Assembly (NCBI GenBank): GCA_964304625.1
Contig: OZ199839.1
Location: forward strand, 3,195,223 to 3,259,222
DNA: 64,000 nucleotides
Reading direction: 5' to 3'
Origin: Kudoa neothunni
Lineage: Eukaryota; Animalia; Cnidaria
Every line of letters begins with the position of its first letter. Positions within the stretch are counted from its first letter, which is position 1. The notes below the pieces were generated by a model. It had not been told where the DNA came from. It worked only from the letters and a program-made list of their open reading frames with translations, and ran no database searches. This document shows positions 1 through 14,100 of the stretch, piece by piece. Both the position numbers and the translations under genes were made by a program.

Positions 1-542
1 AAGTTGAACTTTCAGTGATTAAATTCAATGCAGATAGTCGTATTTTTACTTCATCCGATTATTCAAATTATTTTTCTTGATACTAACGCGATTTGTATGT
101 GTTCTTGAGAAAGAGCGCACTAAACTAAAATCTATGCTATGTCGGGCCAAGAGATATTAATTTTAGTAATAAAAATCAATTATCGAATATTTTCTTCTAT
201 CTCTTTATATTTTTTAACCACTCCCAACAAACATGGAGACAACATTCTGATCTGGGCCAAAAATAACGTTTTAGATAACATTTCAGGGGAATTTACATAC
301 TTCTGGAATATGAAACAATATGGCACTGAACATAAATTATTTAGCGTTGGTGTTGGGCCAGGAAATTTTTAAATGAACGCCGGAATTGGTACACTTTTTC
401 ACAGAAATTATCACAATTTAAATTTCATCTTCATTTCGTTAAAATATATTTAAAAATTTTTTTAATTTGACTGCATCTACAGTTTAATTTGAAATATTAA
501 AATCTTTGTTGAGTGTTAATAAGAAATTTTTCAGTGCTAAAT

Positions 543-660
543 ACCCTCAAGCAACGCTGGGCAGTTCCTGCTAGTCTTCTATTATATAAAGCAAACCGGT
601 AATCCGTGTGTGTACGCATTTTTCATTCTTTATAGATAAATATATCGCTCCATTTGAGCG
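543..660 (+). mobile_element. Helitron 3' end (hairpin + CTAG at 571-574) abutting the 5' end of a second Helitron (TC at 575)
   Basis: ccctcaagcaacgctgggcagttcctgCTAG|TCttctattatataaagc...gtacgcat...tatagataaatat, similar to the termini at 23765/24759. Confidence 0.6.
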
Positions 661-1225
661 CACGTATGGAATGATAAAATTTTATTTTAACACAGAAAAA
701 TACGTAAAAAATTATAAAAGGTTTGCATTCTGCAATATGACAAAAAATATTATCACGTGATATGATTGATATGATTAGAGGATTAACGCAATCATATAGA
801 TCATTTCGTTAAAGTTTTAAAAAGTTAATTTTGAACGTACCATAGTGTTAATTTTACCTTAAAATTATTGAAAAGTAATTTGGTAATTGAATTAGTTCAA
901 ATAAGGAAGGCGATATTAGGTTATGTAGCCAAGCAAAATATGAAATTCATATGTTGATGTTTAACAAGATTAGTCATATTTTTTATGGTATGATTTAGAG
1001 ATTATTGTAAACAACAAGGGGAAAATCAATATTTTAGGAGTTCTAAATTGGAAATTTTAAATTCTCAGTAGTGTTTGTTAGTTTTTAACAATATTAAACA
1101 AGGTTCAAACGCCCAATTAGTTAAATAAATCATCCGTTAAGGGGGTAATCTTTGAACTTCAAATGACCTTGGCCAGGCAAGGAAGCAAAATCAAAAGTAA
1201 AGCGAGGATTTTGCGCTAATGTAGA

Positions 1226-4200
1226 ATATACATATGGAGGATTAGCAGACGCATGAATTATACTTGTTGCATTTATAATGGGAACAATTACCATCAATAA
1301 TCGTTTGGGAAGGAAATACACCTCATTTTACTTGGAGGCTAATGGATGAGGATTTTTCGAATGCCGAGGATTCCTTACTATTGGAAAAAACATTTAAATG
1401 TTAGGATTTTAGTTATTTGTTTTTCTGTTAGAACATTTTATTTTAATGAATTTAATAAATTAAGGTACTCACTATATAATAAATCCTATTTTTCATTAAA
1501 TATTGCCACGTTTGATAGGAAATAATTCTTTTAATTTTTTATTAATCAAAGTATAAAATTAGCAATAAATTATTTATATATTTGATGCTATTTTTAAAAA
1601 GAATAAATTGGATTATTATACCATAATTTTTATGAATTTTGGGATTGATCTTATGGTTTTCATTTAGTTAAAGAGGATCCAGTAATCCTGTTTGAGGAGA
1701 GAGATATACATAAGCAAGGTCAATACACGGTTGTGTTAAAAATGCAAGCTGATGAAACTAACAAAGAATTCCTCAAATCAAAGATTCTAATAGGGGGACA
1801 GAATATTGTTGACGACTGTTATATTATAGACAATCCTATATACAATGACCTTTTACGTTTTTGGATAAAATCCGATTGTTTGGTCGAAGAAACTTCAATA
1901 ATAAAATATTCAATCGGAAAAGAAATTTCTTCAAGAATAAAAAAAGCACGTATAGACTTTTATAATATATTTAAACTACTTATTAAATTCTATATAGGGA
2001 TCTATAACGCTTACGGGCGGGTAAAAATTGCTCACGACCATATTATATTATATATCATACTCTCCCACTCACTTAATACTATCCACTTAATAAATATTAG
2101 AGCGAATAGTTTGTTCTCAAAGAGCGTGATATTCGAAAAAAATGTTGACAATGTTATCACATGTACTAATTATGTGTGTAAGTATAAATGTGAGGTAACC
2201 GACTCAGGAATATCATTTGACAATACTTTAATAAGAGTATCATCAGAAAAACTAAACGATATAGAAATATATCACCGAACAAGTAAATGAATTATTATAA
2301 TTTAAATTTTACCATTTATTTAGATTTTAACGAGGTATTTTATTACCAAAATGCTAAATTTATGGATGATCATGGTATAAAACTGTATTTGGATGGCTAC
2401 ACGGTTCTACCAGATTCGCATATAATCTTAAACAATGATTCCAGGATAATTGTTCCTTACCAGATTCCTGTCGAATTTATTGATCAAAAGTTTCAATGTT
2501 TGATTTCAGAGAGCAAGATTGTGAATGGAAAAAACTATTTATTTCCAGAATCTACTGTAATCATACCTCTAGGAATGAGTGGAAGTATTTTTATATAATA
2601 ATACAATATTATATGCGACTTAAAAATGTTAGTCACAAAAAAATATATCAAATTTTTCTACTTTCATTGATTTTTAATTATAACTATGAATTTTTTTATT
2701 ATTTATAGAGAGATATAGCTATGAATTGGAATATCTATGGCTCGACCAAAAACTATGTATTCTGCTGAAAATATCTTCCAAAAGAGAAATACCCACGTTA
2801 GATATCAAATATTCAATTCATGCGAATAATGAAATTCTAACTGAACCATATGTCAATCAAATCACTGTTACGCCTGAAGATAGTGAATGCTCCTTTGAGA
2901 TTGAAGGACTCGATACTGGGGTTAATTACTCGATAGAGTTATCCTCTCCCCAGCTTGAAGATTATGATCCATATATTATAAAAAATGGTACCAAAAATAC
3001 TTCCTGCTATAAAAACCAATTTAAGAATCTTCATTATAATTAATATATATTTTAGAAGCGTGTGACTTTGAAGTTACAACGCAACGTGAATCAAATGATG
3101 AAATTTTAATAGCAATAAGGAAAAAATCAAATTCTGGAACTTTAGAAATTTCCTATAGACTTTTTGAATCAGACTCTGATAATAAAGAAGCTCTTAATGA
3201 ACAAAATAAGCAGATAACCTGCACTGAACACATATGCAGTTTCAAAACACGTCCTATAACTCCCGCCAAAAATCACAATATCGTTCTAAAAATTCCGCCA
3301 TGCAATGATGATTTTAATTTAGTCATTCAAAAAGGTATTATAGAATGTTTTTTTCCGACAAACTATTTAACCTATTATTAGTCAAAAGTGATTATGGTTT
3401 CTATTACAGTTATAGAAAAGATGACGATTTAAGGGTCACAATTGTTATAGAATTAAGACTAAACCTGACATATGAAGTTATTATGGTTAACTGGAGTCTC
3501 AAGAAAAGTAAAGATTCATCAATAATTAAAAATTCAATAAAGACTTTACAAATATCGAAAGAACATGGGTGTTTTAAATTTGAAATACAAGGGGTAGAAC
3601 GTAATAACCCATATGATATCGATATTACGTCTGAAGATCTCGTGAAAAAAACCAACCAAGTATACATCCCAACATGTAAAATTTTTTAAAACTAAATGTT
3701 AATATTATTACCGACCACTTGAAATATTTAGTAAAAACCGATTATGAACAAAGAGTGGAATGGGTTAATACTCAAATATCAATTATTTTGAGTTTTGAGG
3801 AATCTGTTGGAGCTTGTAGCGCGGAAATTGAATGCATAACATTAGAAAAAATAGAAGAACAATTTATTGAAACAAATACTCAATTGTTTCACGTTGATTT
3901 CAACTGCGCTGAAAATGTTTGCGAAACTATGTTAAATGGAATAGACAGAAATTCTTATCATAGAATTAAAGTGGATTCTAATTTGATAAAAACTAAAGAA
4001 TCAGTTTTAATTGGCAAAGGTATTTACTCTAATTACATAAAAATTAAAATATATGCTATAGGTATAAGTATATTCCAAATCGAATATGAATACGATAAAG
4101 ATAATGCCATTATTATCAATTATACATTAGAAGAAGATTTTGATGAAATTTTGTTGAAATGGGATTTACATGATACTCAAGGCAACCAGGTGAAGAGTTC

Positions 4201-5158
4201 GAACGAAGCAATAGAACAGATATCGTGTAATGAGAAATTATGCCAAATGACAACGTTGGGACAACTGGATCACTCTAAAGCTTATCAATTTACGTTCGAG
4301 TCTGCTGAATTAAGTGGTACGAATGTGTTGAGAATAGAAAGTAATTACCTTATGTCATTTCAATAGATAAGTAAAAATAATTATGGTTTATTATTTTCAA
4401 TGAGTATACCCTCTGAAATTAATTTCATCCTTTCTAAAATCGGAAATTTTATGTTACTTTCCTGATAGATAAATATGTCTGGTTTAAAAATATTTATTAT
4501 TAAAAATTATAAACGACGTAAAAAATCTAATCCAACGAGAATTTTTATTATTCTGTCAATTATCTCCTTATTAATACATTGTTAATTTGTATAATTTTTC
4601 AAAACACTAAAAATTGATAAATATTTTTAAAACAAATTTTAACGATGATCCATTTTAGATATATTATGTAAATTCGTATTTTACTAATACAGTCGCTATA
4701 AGTACAGAAAATATTTTTATTATTTATATACCACAAAACAGGGGTGCACAAATTCCGGCCTCAATGAGGTTTTTAGTGGCCCGCGATCAACTCTAATTAA
4801 GTTCAAATTAATGGTATAGGTGGCCTGTTCAAAAATCATAGAGATTTTTTAAATATACAAAAAATATCCATAATCATAATCAACACACCTTTTCCAGCGA
4901 TTTTTCCAATTTTGGAAACATTAAGAAAAGTCTGTTTTATTTCAGTAATCGATGAAAATCTTCTCCCTTTTAAATGAAAATTTATCTTTGGGGACAAAAA
5001 AGTCACAAGGTGCCGAATCTGGAGAGTATGGTGGATTCTGGAGTTGATCAATATCAAAGTTAAATAAAAATCGTTGAATCTTAGTGGATGTATCAGCAGG
5101 CGTGTTATCGTAATGTAGAATCCAATTACCGTTGTTCCACATTTCAGGTCTCTTTCGG
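1226..5158 (+). repeat. Segmental duplication block 1, copy A (paralogue at 38253-42148)
   Basis: Collinear match at an offset of ~37.0 kb, from atatacatatggag to inside the mariner. Confidence 0.95.
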
Positions 5159-8100
5159 CGAATGGCGTATCTAAGGCGACGGAGAACATTTAGATAATAC
5201 TCACTGATTACTGTGCGGCTTTCAGGTGCATATTCATAATGTAGAATTCCCATAACGTCCAAAAATACGGTTAGTTAAACCTTAATTTTACTTTTAACTT
5301 GTCGCGTTTTTCTCGGTCGTGGGGATGATAGGGCCTTTCACTCGGATGATTGGATGATTGCAACTTGGTTTCTGGGCCATAGCCGTGCACCCACATCACA
5401 TCGCCGTTAATGATAGAAGACATTGATTTATCACATTCTGATACTCTTTGGAAGTGATTCCTTGAAATTTCATCACGCTTTTCTTGCTGTACTTTCGTAA
5501 GCAAACGCGGAACAAACTTGGCCGCAATTCTTCCCATTCCAGAATCATCCGTTAAAATTGCGTAATATGATCCAAATGAAATTCCCGTTTCATCGCTAAT
5601 TTCTCTTATGGTTAATCTTCTATCTGAATTAATTAAATTTTTTACAATTTTAATGAATTCAGTATTTTTGCTCGATAAGGGTTTACCATTGCGATCGTCA
5701 CTTTCAACAGATATTCTCCCCTGTTTAATTCGTCGATATCACTCATAAACTCTCGATCGACTTGTTTAAAAATGTCTCTTAAATCATATCATATGTTTCC
5801 ATACTAGTTTTTCCAAGTTTAACGCAAAACTTTATACATATCAGCTGTTCATGATTCTCAGACATTTGGTCGCGCGACATCGACTTGGATCATATCTTAC
5901 AAAATGTGTTAGAATTCTTTCAATTTTCTATCAATTTTTGTCTGATGCATAAATAATACTTATGAATATATTTTATATAGGTTTTTCTAATTTTAATATA
6001 GTTTAAACACATTTAATACATGATATTTTTTGAACAGACCACGTATTTCTAAATGAAATGAAAAAAGCATTCGATCATTTAATTTCAGTTGGTTTATGTA
6101 AATATTGAATATATCGATAACACCTAATAAAATTAATAAAAAATTTTATGTAAGATTTTGTTATGTGCGAAATATTAATAAAACTAACTCTATAGTTACA
6201 ATGATAATTTAAAAAATTGTTTTTAACCGTCGAAGGGCCGAGTGTCGAAAAATTCAGTACGTACCCATGGGGGTGGTTTTTGACCCCATCATTATTTTCT
6301 TATTTTATTTCGCAATTTACCCCAAAAGTTATTCTTGTAATTATTACTCATAACACAGCTATATTAACTACTTAGAGGTTTACTTTAGGTGGTATAAAGT
6401 TGAAAAAAATGTAACTAATTCTTCGATTAAATATTATAAACATCTGCATCAAAACGTTTGTTATTATACGGTTCAAGTATATGACTTATTGTATTTACAT
6501 TATTGAAAGTTTCTGGAAGTAAAATAACGGCGTTTAATCAAATATAGATAAGAAACGCACACAAGGGATCATACAAGATACCAGGCATGATTTCCGGGAA
6601 AAGTTGTTAATCACAAACCTGAATGCGGGGTTAAGTGTGGAACGTCGTTGTAAATATTCGGGTATGTTTATACCTTCAAAATAAACGAATCAAATATGAA
6701 AAATTCACAACAGACTTAATTAAATACAAATTACATTAATTCCGAGGTTTCCCAAAGAGAGAGTAATTTTTTCAGAGATAACATCAATCAGATTCTAAAC
6801 TACACGTCTGGCAATAAACAAAATCATTTTGAATTTGTGAAACGAACAAATAAGTTTCTTGTAGTTATAGAAACGTATATTAGTTTTTCAGTCAATATTT
6901 CGTAAACAAAACACACATCAGGATCATTCCCGTGGACCAGTTATTTCAGTGAATTAGGCTATTCACCAATATTAATACATTTATTAAATAGTTCTTAACT
7001 ATATTTTGAATGCGAATGATAATGAACCTTGAAAGTCTGGAGCAAATATTCACAGATAAGCTATGATGCCCCGCCCCTCCCCTCCCCTAAGTAGGCACAC
7101 GTACACTGACTGTAGTTTAGCCTCAAATTATTGTTGTCGTTATCAAAATGCATTTCCAAATATAAATTCCTTCTTAAATTAATCATCTAAAATTAAGCAG
7201 TATAATTCGTTTATTCCTAACGTTTAAAACACATGCAGCTGATAAATAATAATTTAATCCCATGGCGTCATCGTAATCCTTCGACAGGAAAAAGGAAAAC
7301 AACAAAATATTTACGTTAGAGAATATTCATGAGATTACAAACTTGGATTATGGTCATTTTCGCGATGACCTTGAATATACAATAAAACAATGCAAAATCT
7401 GTGTCTTATGAAGAGATATTCAAAATGTTTTTGTGGCGGTCAAATGTTTTTAGTTAAGAGAAAAGACGCTGATGATGGTTATCAATACAAATGTATTTCA
7501 TGCAACAAAAAAACGTCGATACGAAAAGGAACTATTTTCGAAATTTCTCGACTTCCTTTGTGGAAAATTTTTATTTTTATAGCAACGGTAATCCAACAAT
7601 GACGTACGATGATATTCGTAAACACACTAAAATTTCTTCAAACTCCACCATAAATAATTGGAAAAATGTCATTACGGATTTTATGGCATCTAAACTAGAT
7701 GAGGAATTTTCTAAAATAGGCGGAAAGGGTGTTGTAGTACAAATAGATAAGACCGCCATATCAAAAAGGAAGTCCAACGTTGGAAGAATTCTTCGGAATA
7801 GACGAAGACGGAAATTTCTTTTTGAAAATAACACAAAAAAGAAATAGGGATATTCTAGAAAGAATAATTGTTGAGAATGTAGAGGAAGAGTCAACTATTT
7901 GGACCGATGGTTGGAAAGGTTACAATAGTTTAAAGGATCTAGGTTTTGTTCACGGTACCGTGATCCATAAAAGAAGGTTTGTTTCCATTGGGGGGGGGGG
8001 GGGGGTCCACACTAACAAAATAGAAGCTACATGGGGGGCTTTTAAAAGAAAATATAGAAGCGCCACAAATAAAACCCCAGAAACACTTCCCAACTATGTT

Positions 8101-11100
8101 GTTGATTTCATGTTTCGAAGAAAATATAGTGGAAAAGAATTATCGACTTTATTTAAATATATAATGGTTTTAAGTAGTAAAAATTTATTTTTCCGACATT
8201 TTACGAGGTGTTTCATTTTTTTCCCCGTTTAGATGCACGGTCACTGTAATTTAGCCGGAAAACCTCCAATTAGAGCATTTCTCGAACGTTTAATATATAT
8301 TAATTGTAACAATTTTTCGTTGTTTATTTTTTGATAATTTTAATATGAAGTTGATACAAGAAGTATGGGGACGTATGGAGGACATACGTTCAAATTTACA
8401 ACCAATTTTTCTAGGATAAATCCTAATATGTTTACAAAATTCGAATTTATAAAATGTAGGAATATATTTCCTAAGATTAGGTGGATTTAATACGAAAATA
8501 TATGAGGTTGTCATTTTTAAAACAAGATTGACCGAAAATGGGATCACGAGAGACTCCGCTTGTTCCCGGGAGGATTAAAATAGACCAAGCATAGGACATT
8601 AATTTTTTATAATTAATAAATATCTTATGAAAATTAATGTCTAATAGTTTAAAATGCTTTTTGCAAAGTTTATATTTTAAACCTGAGTAATTTTTTTGAA
8701 ATTATGTTCTTAAAAATTAAATGTAAGAAGATATTTTACATAATGAAAAATAAAATTTAAGTATATTATGTATTTCTTCCGAGCATCAATGAAATATGCT
8801 GAAAAATCATCGCTGACCCATTTTCCTTCATCTATTTTTGTGTATAACAAAATACGACTACTCTTAACAAATTTAATTAGTAACATACATTCAATTGCTT
8901 TTACTAAAGTAATAGTTTATTATGTTTAAAATTATTTTTTATTTCATTATTTGTAGTTTTATTCAATGCAATATATTATTACATTTATTAATCAATCAAT
9001 CCCTCTTTCTAAGTTATATGTTCGAATTTGTATATATCTAACAATGTCATTTGGTTAAGCATAATCTGATACCACATTATTTTCATCTTCAGCATTTATC
9101 TAATTCGAAATTTCTCGTACATAAATATTGAATTAAGTTAATTAGAGTTATCTTATTATTTTTTAAATAATCATAATTTTTTTAGCTGCTCAAGTTTTCA
9201 TAGTAACGCCGTGTTGTAATGGAAATATTTTCACTTTATTTGAATTAGGGATTTTCCATACTTTTTTTTCGTCGACCCTCTGAGTAGGTAATTTACCTAG
9301 CCATCGATCCCCTCCAGAGATTTTATTAATAATATGTGCAATACATTTCATTAATATTCTATTTCCGATATATAATAAAGTGAAAAATTATACTAACCCC
9401 AAAAAACATTCATTAACGATGTTACATCAAAATATATCAGAAAAATTTTAGATATTTATAATCAAGTCATGGCAGAAAAACAATTATATTCGAAAATTTA
9501 CCATAATGAATTTGTTTTTCATCATAAATCATATTCAATTCACCTCCCAAGTTAAGCTTCCTGTATATGATTATACATATCTAATTTTGTACAAATATGA
9601 GATCAACGGAAGATTTTGAGGTTAAATTACATCATATATAGAGAAAATAATATTTATTCGTGGCTGCATTTAAAAGTTAATAATAATAATAATATCTTAA
9701 TCTTAACTTAACTTAACTTAACTTAAGATAGTGTTCTGTACCTTGAGGTGACTTGAAGAATTTTCAAAGTGCTAACAGGGGTTGAACAACAATTGGAGAT
9801 TGTTATAATTATTTTAGTAGTTTTTGTAATTTTTGTTCAAATCAATTTTGAAAATAAGATTTATCCATCCTAGTCAATTATAAACTTAATGTAAACCATC
9901 GTTATTGTTTTATATACTGTTGATATCAATCAATATTAATGATAATGTATTTGCTAGCATTTTATGAGCTGCAAAGTCTTTAATTAAATGAAAAATATTG
10001 AATTACATAATTAGGAAAGGTGGAGATTGATATTAACCCTCTAAAGGTTTTGGGGTATACTCTACCCCAAAACGATTTTTACATCGCAATATCTCATTGT
10101 TTTATGCATGAAACCTTTTTAAATTTTTAATATTCTTAAAAAAAATAATTTTAGTAAATTTTAAGTTAAAAATTTTTCAATTGATTAAATATTAAAGTTT
10201 CTACACAAAAATTATCTTCCAAAGTTTTGGGGGTAAAAAATACCCCAACCATTTTTTTGCTAAAATTGAGGGAAAATTGTGTATATATATAAATAATCAC
10301 ATTTAAGTGATATTGTATGAGTAGTTATGGAAATAATCCAAGTATATTGCGCGTTTATTCAAAAGGCACATGCTCAAACCTTCACAAGCACTGTCATGAG
10401 CGATGGCGTTGACTTTAGTGACGATATTTCTTCATCCGGAAGTAAATTTGAAGATTATGTTATGGATGGATATGAATTAACGGATGATGAGATTGAAGTT
10501 AACGATGTTCATCCTGATTCCTTGCGCAGAAAAAATGGTATTTCATGGAGCATTTCGAAGCCTACAATAACCAAAACATGTACGGAAAATATAATGGATT
10601 CTACTCCAGGATCTACTTGTTACACAACTCTAAAATTAAAAAATTTTTGGGACTGTTTTACAATTTTCTTTACCGCGGAAATTTGTAATAAAATTATACA
10701 CTTCACAAATATTTTTGGAAAACATAAATTCAAAGATGACTGGTGTGACGTAGATGATATCGAATTTCAGGGTTATTTAGGTCTTCTCATACTAATGGGA
10801 ACTCATAAAGATAGACAAGAACCCATATGCGAGCTTTTTAGTATTAAAGAAGGGAAAGAAATATACCGGCAGTTGTTTTCTCTTCGACGATTCAAGCAGA
10901 TTTCGCGTACCCTTCATTTTGATGACTTCAATATCAGAATGCAGCAAAGGGATGTCGATAAATTTTGTCCCATAATTGATTTATGGGATCATTGGGTTAA
11001 GATATTGTCTAAATGTTTCGCTCTACATCAAGATGTAACTGTCGATGAGCAACTTGTTTCATTTCGAGGTCGATGCCCATTTCGTCAATGTATGCCTATG

Positions 11101-14100
11101 AAGCAAGCAAAATACAGCATCAAATTATGTTCTCAACGTTTCCATATATCTTGGCAAAAGTAGTTTTGAAGCTCTGCGACAGTGTAACGTTGGAGAAAGT
11201 AGTGCTCTTTCATTGTCATCCCCATTGTTCTATTCCGGCAGAAATATCGTAGCTGATAATTTCTTTTCATCATATTGACCTTCTTGGGAACTCTACGAAA
11301 AAACAAAAAAGAAATTCCAAATTATCTGTGTCCCTCAAAAAAAGTGAAATTTATAGGAGCAAATTGGTGTTTAACGAAAAGTTCATGTTGGTATCATACG
11401 TATGTCAGAAAGCCAAATATGTTATCTTGTTGGCTATTGGTACATCGGACAATACTATTTCGAATGAGACATTAAAGTTCAAGCCTAAAATAATGCTGGA
11501 CTACAATAAATCTAAAGGTGGTGTGGACAATGTCGATAGGATGTTGGCTTCTGTTTCTGTTCGCTGATTCACAAGAAGAAGGCCTTTAGTAGTGTTCTTC
11601 AACATGATGGATTTATCTTTAGTCAACGCCTTTGCAATATATAAAGATGTATTTAACGATGCGAAGAAGACTAGAAGCTCTTTTTTTAAAGAAATTGCAG
11701 AGAAGCTTTATAGTCCATTGCTGATGCGAAATTCATCAGAAAAGATCATTAAGAGGAAATCACCAATTCTTCCATTGATTAACAAAGTTTCACCTATTGA
11801 TGTAAAGCTTTCAAGATGTGAATATTGTGAGCGAAACAAGGACAAGAAAACTACAAAATGGCGCAAAATTTGCTATAAATTTTATTGCCCTACGCATGCC
11901 TCAAATACTTGTTGGAAATGTTATGAATAAAAATATATTTTTAATTTATATTATTTTGTTTCATTATAAAGGGTGAAACTTTTTTAATCCTGACAATAAA
12001 ACACAAACTTATGTTAAAAAATACGATCGAATGTTTACGATGAGTGTCGTACAAGTACGATTTGAACTAGTTTGGGATTAAATTACAATATTAATGTTTA
12101 TTTTAAGTTAATAAATTAAATAAAATAACTGGGATATTTTTTACCCTAAAGACTTTACACGTACATTGTTTATTTGATCCTTAGAAGGTTAAAAATACTC
12201 AACTTTACTGGAGCAATATAACGAAATTATCTTCACTTAATTCTCGAATCTAGCTCTATATGACACATAAGATTAACTAACCTCAAATTTTTATTTATCT
12301 ACGTCTTATCATATATAGAAGTGGATATGGTAGTGTATATAGAGTGGTGCGGATTTCATTTTCTCGTCAAAAGGAGGAGCAAGTCCGATTTGAATTGGGA
12401 TGCGGTGTTCTATATGCTCCAATGTATAATTAAAATCATTTCTTTTTAATTTATCTCAAATTGATAAATAACTTTTTTTATTTCTATTATGAACCTGGAT
12501 TGTTAATTTTAAAATTATGAATTAAGTAAATAACGCGTTTTTAATGAAACATAAGGTCGCGGGATTAAGAATCATTAATTTTTTGGAAGCAAATTAAAAC
12601 AATAAAATTTACTATTCCCCAATTTTTTAAATAAAAATATTAATGCTTTTAAAATATTAATTTCATCTGAGTGAAGTGGATTTTTCATACATTGAAATTA
12701 AATTTTAACGCAACCCCTAGTTAACTGGGAGGCAATTTTAAAGGATTCGAAAGAATTGGATACCAAAATGGAATTACAAACTGATGAACCATTGGTATGA
12801 TTAACTGAAATTCTCAGGATTTGAATAATGGGGAAATTTAGAATACAGAGTTGTTTATAAAAGCTTGGGATGTGGTTGTGTATCAAAAAAATGAAACTAG
12901 TAATTATATCATAAATACATATTATTGCTTATTTAAAAATTAAGCGACGAAAGATATTCCCGAAACTCAACCTACCACAGAAGAAGATGACACGTAATTA
13001 ACTTTTCGGAATATATTTTTGAATGTTAACTTTGAAGGTTTTTAAAACAAATCAATCTACTCGATAAAAACATCATGAATGTTGGTGATAATCAAGATGT
13101 GCAAACAGTTAATATAAAAATGAAGACATTCACTTCGACCCAAGCATCGGAATCGTTATATTTTTCAAAACCGTTAGATGACAAGGATATAATGGATATT
13201 GTTGAAAATTCGGAAGAAATAGACAAACCCAAAGAGGCTCTGCAATCTACCTATGTGAGCCTAGACTTTTCTGCAACCGATTCCTCAACGGAAAAGGAAT
13301 CTGCAAGCAAAATTGTGCTAGCTGTGACTAAAAACAAACAAATAAGTACCCAAGTCGAAAAGTCAAATGTTATTGCGGGTGATGTGCTCGTGGTTAAAAT
13401 ATCAAACAGCTTAAGCAAAAAGTTAAATATAACATTCAGCCAAATTGTAAAAGTGGATCCTAACAGGAGGAATTTCAGATGTTGCACCTTACATAGTATA
13501 ATCAATAAATATTCATTAAATAAATAATTTATATTTATAGGTAAAAAACTCACTTGGGAGACAAGTTATTGCTCCATATTGAGAGAGGTTACCTTGTCGA
13601 AGACACTTACAAATTACACATGTACGTGCAACCACACAACGAGCTATGCAATTATTTTCGATGTTTTCGATCAGGATTCCTCTGAAAATAAATATTACCA
13701 ACACGAAATATCATTAATATTAACATTGATTTCCCTACTTTTCCTCGTCATTACAATAATTTGTATTTTGACGTCAAAGTAATTTGAAAAATATTCTTTA
13801 TATGGATCGATTTAAATATTTTGTTGACAGAAATATTTTCAAAATGAGATCATTGGCCCAATTGTGGATGTGTGTCTCTATCTTCATGTTTCATCTTTCA
13901 TTTATCTTTGGGAATATATTCAACAATGTTCAAAGTTCTTGTTTTAATGTTGCAGTTTTTCTACATTATGCCCTTATGAGTCAATACTTTTCTTTATTTT
14001 TAAATTCGTTCTTACTGTTTAAAAATCTTGTCCTCACGATGAAAAAAATAAGCTCAATAATTATGAATATAATTGCCTTTTTGATTATAGGTAAAAATTT

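Noticed and set aside
7390-8232. IS1595-like transposase as evidence of bacterial DNA or horizontal transfer
   Set aside because: Eukaryotic Merlin elements belong to this family, and the context is intron-rich animal DNA.
9450-9680. Possible extra copy-A-specific exon in the long intron
   Set aside because: Only a short open stretch, with no module signature and no counterpart in copy B.
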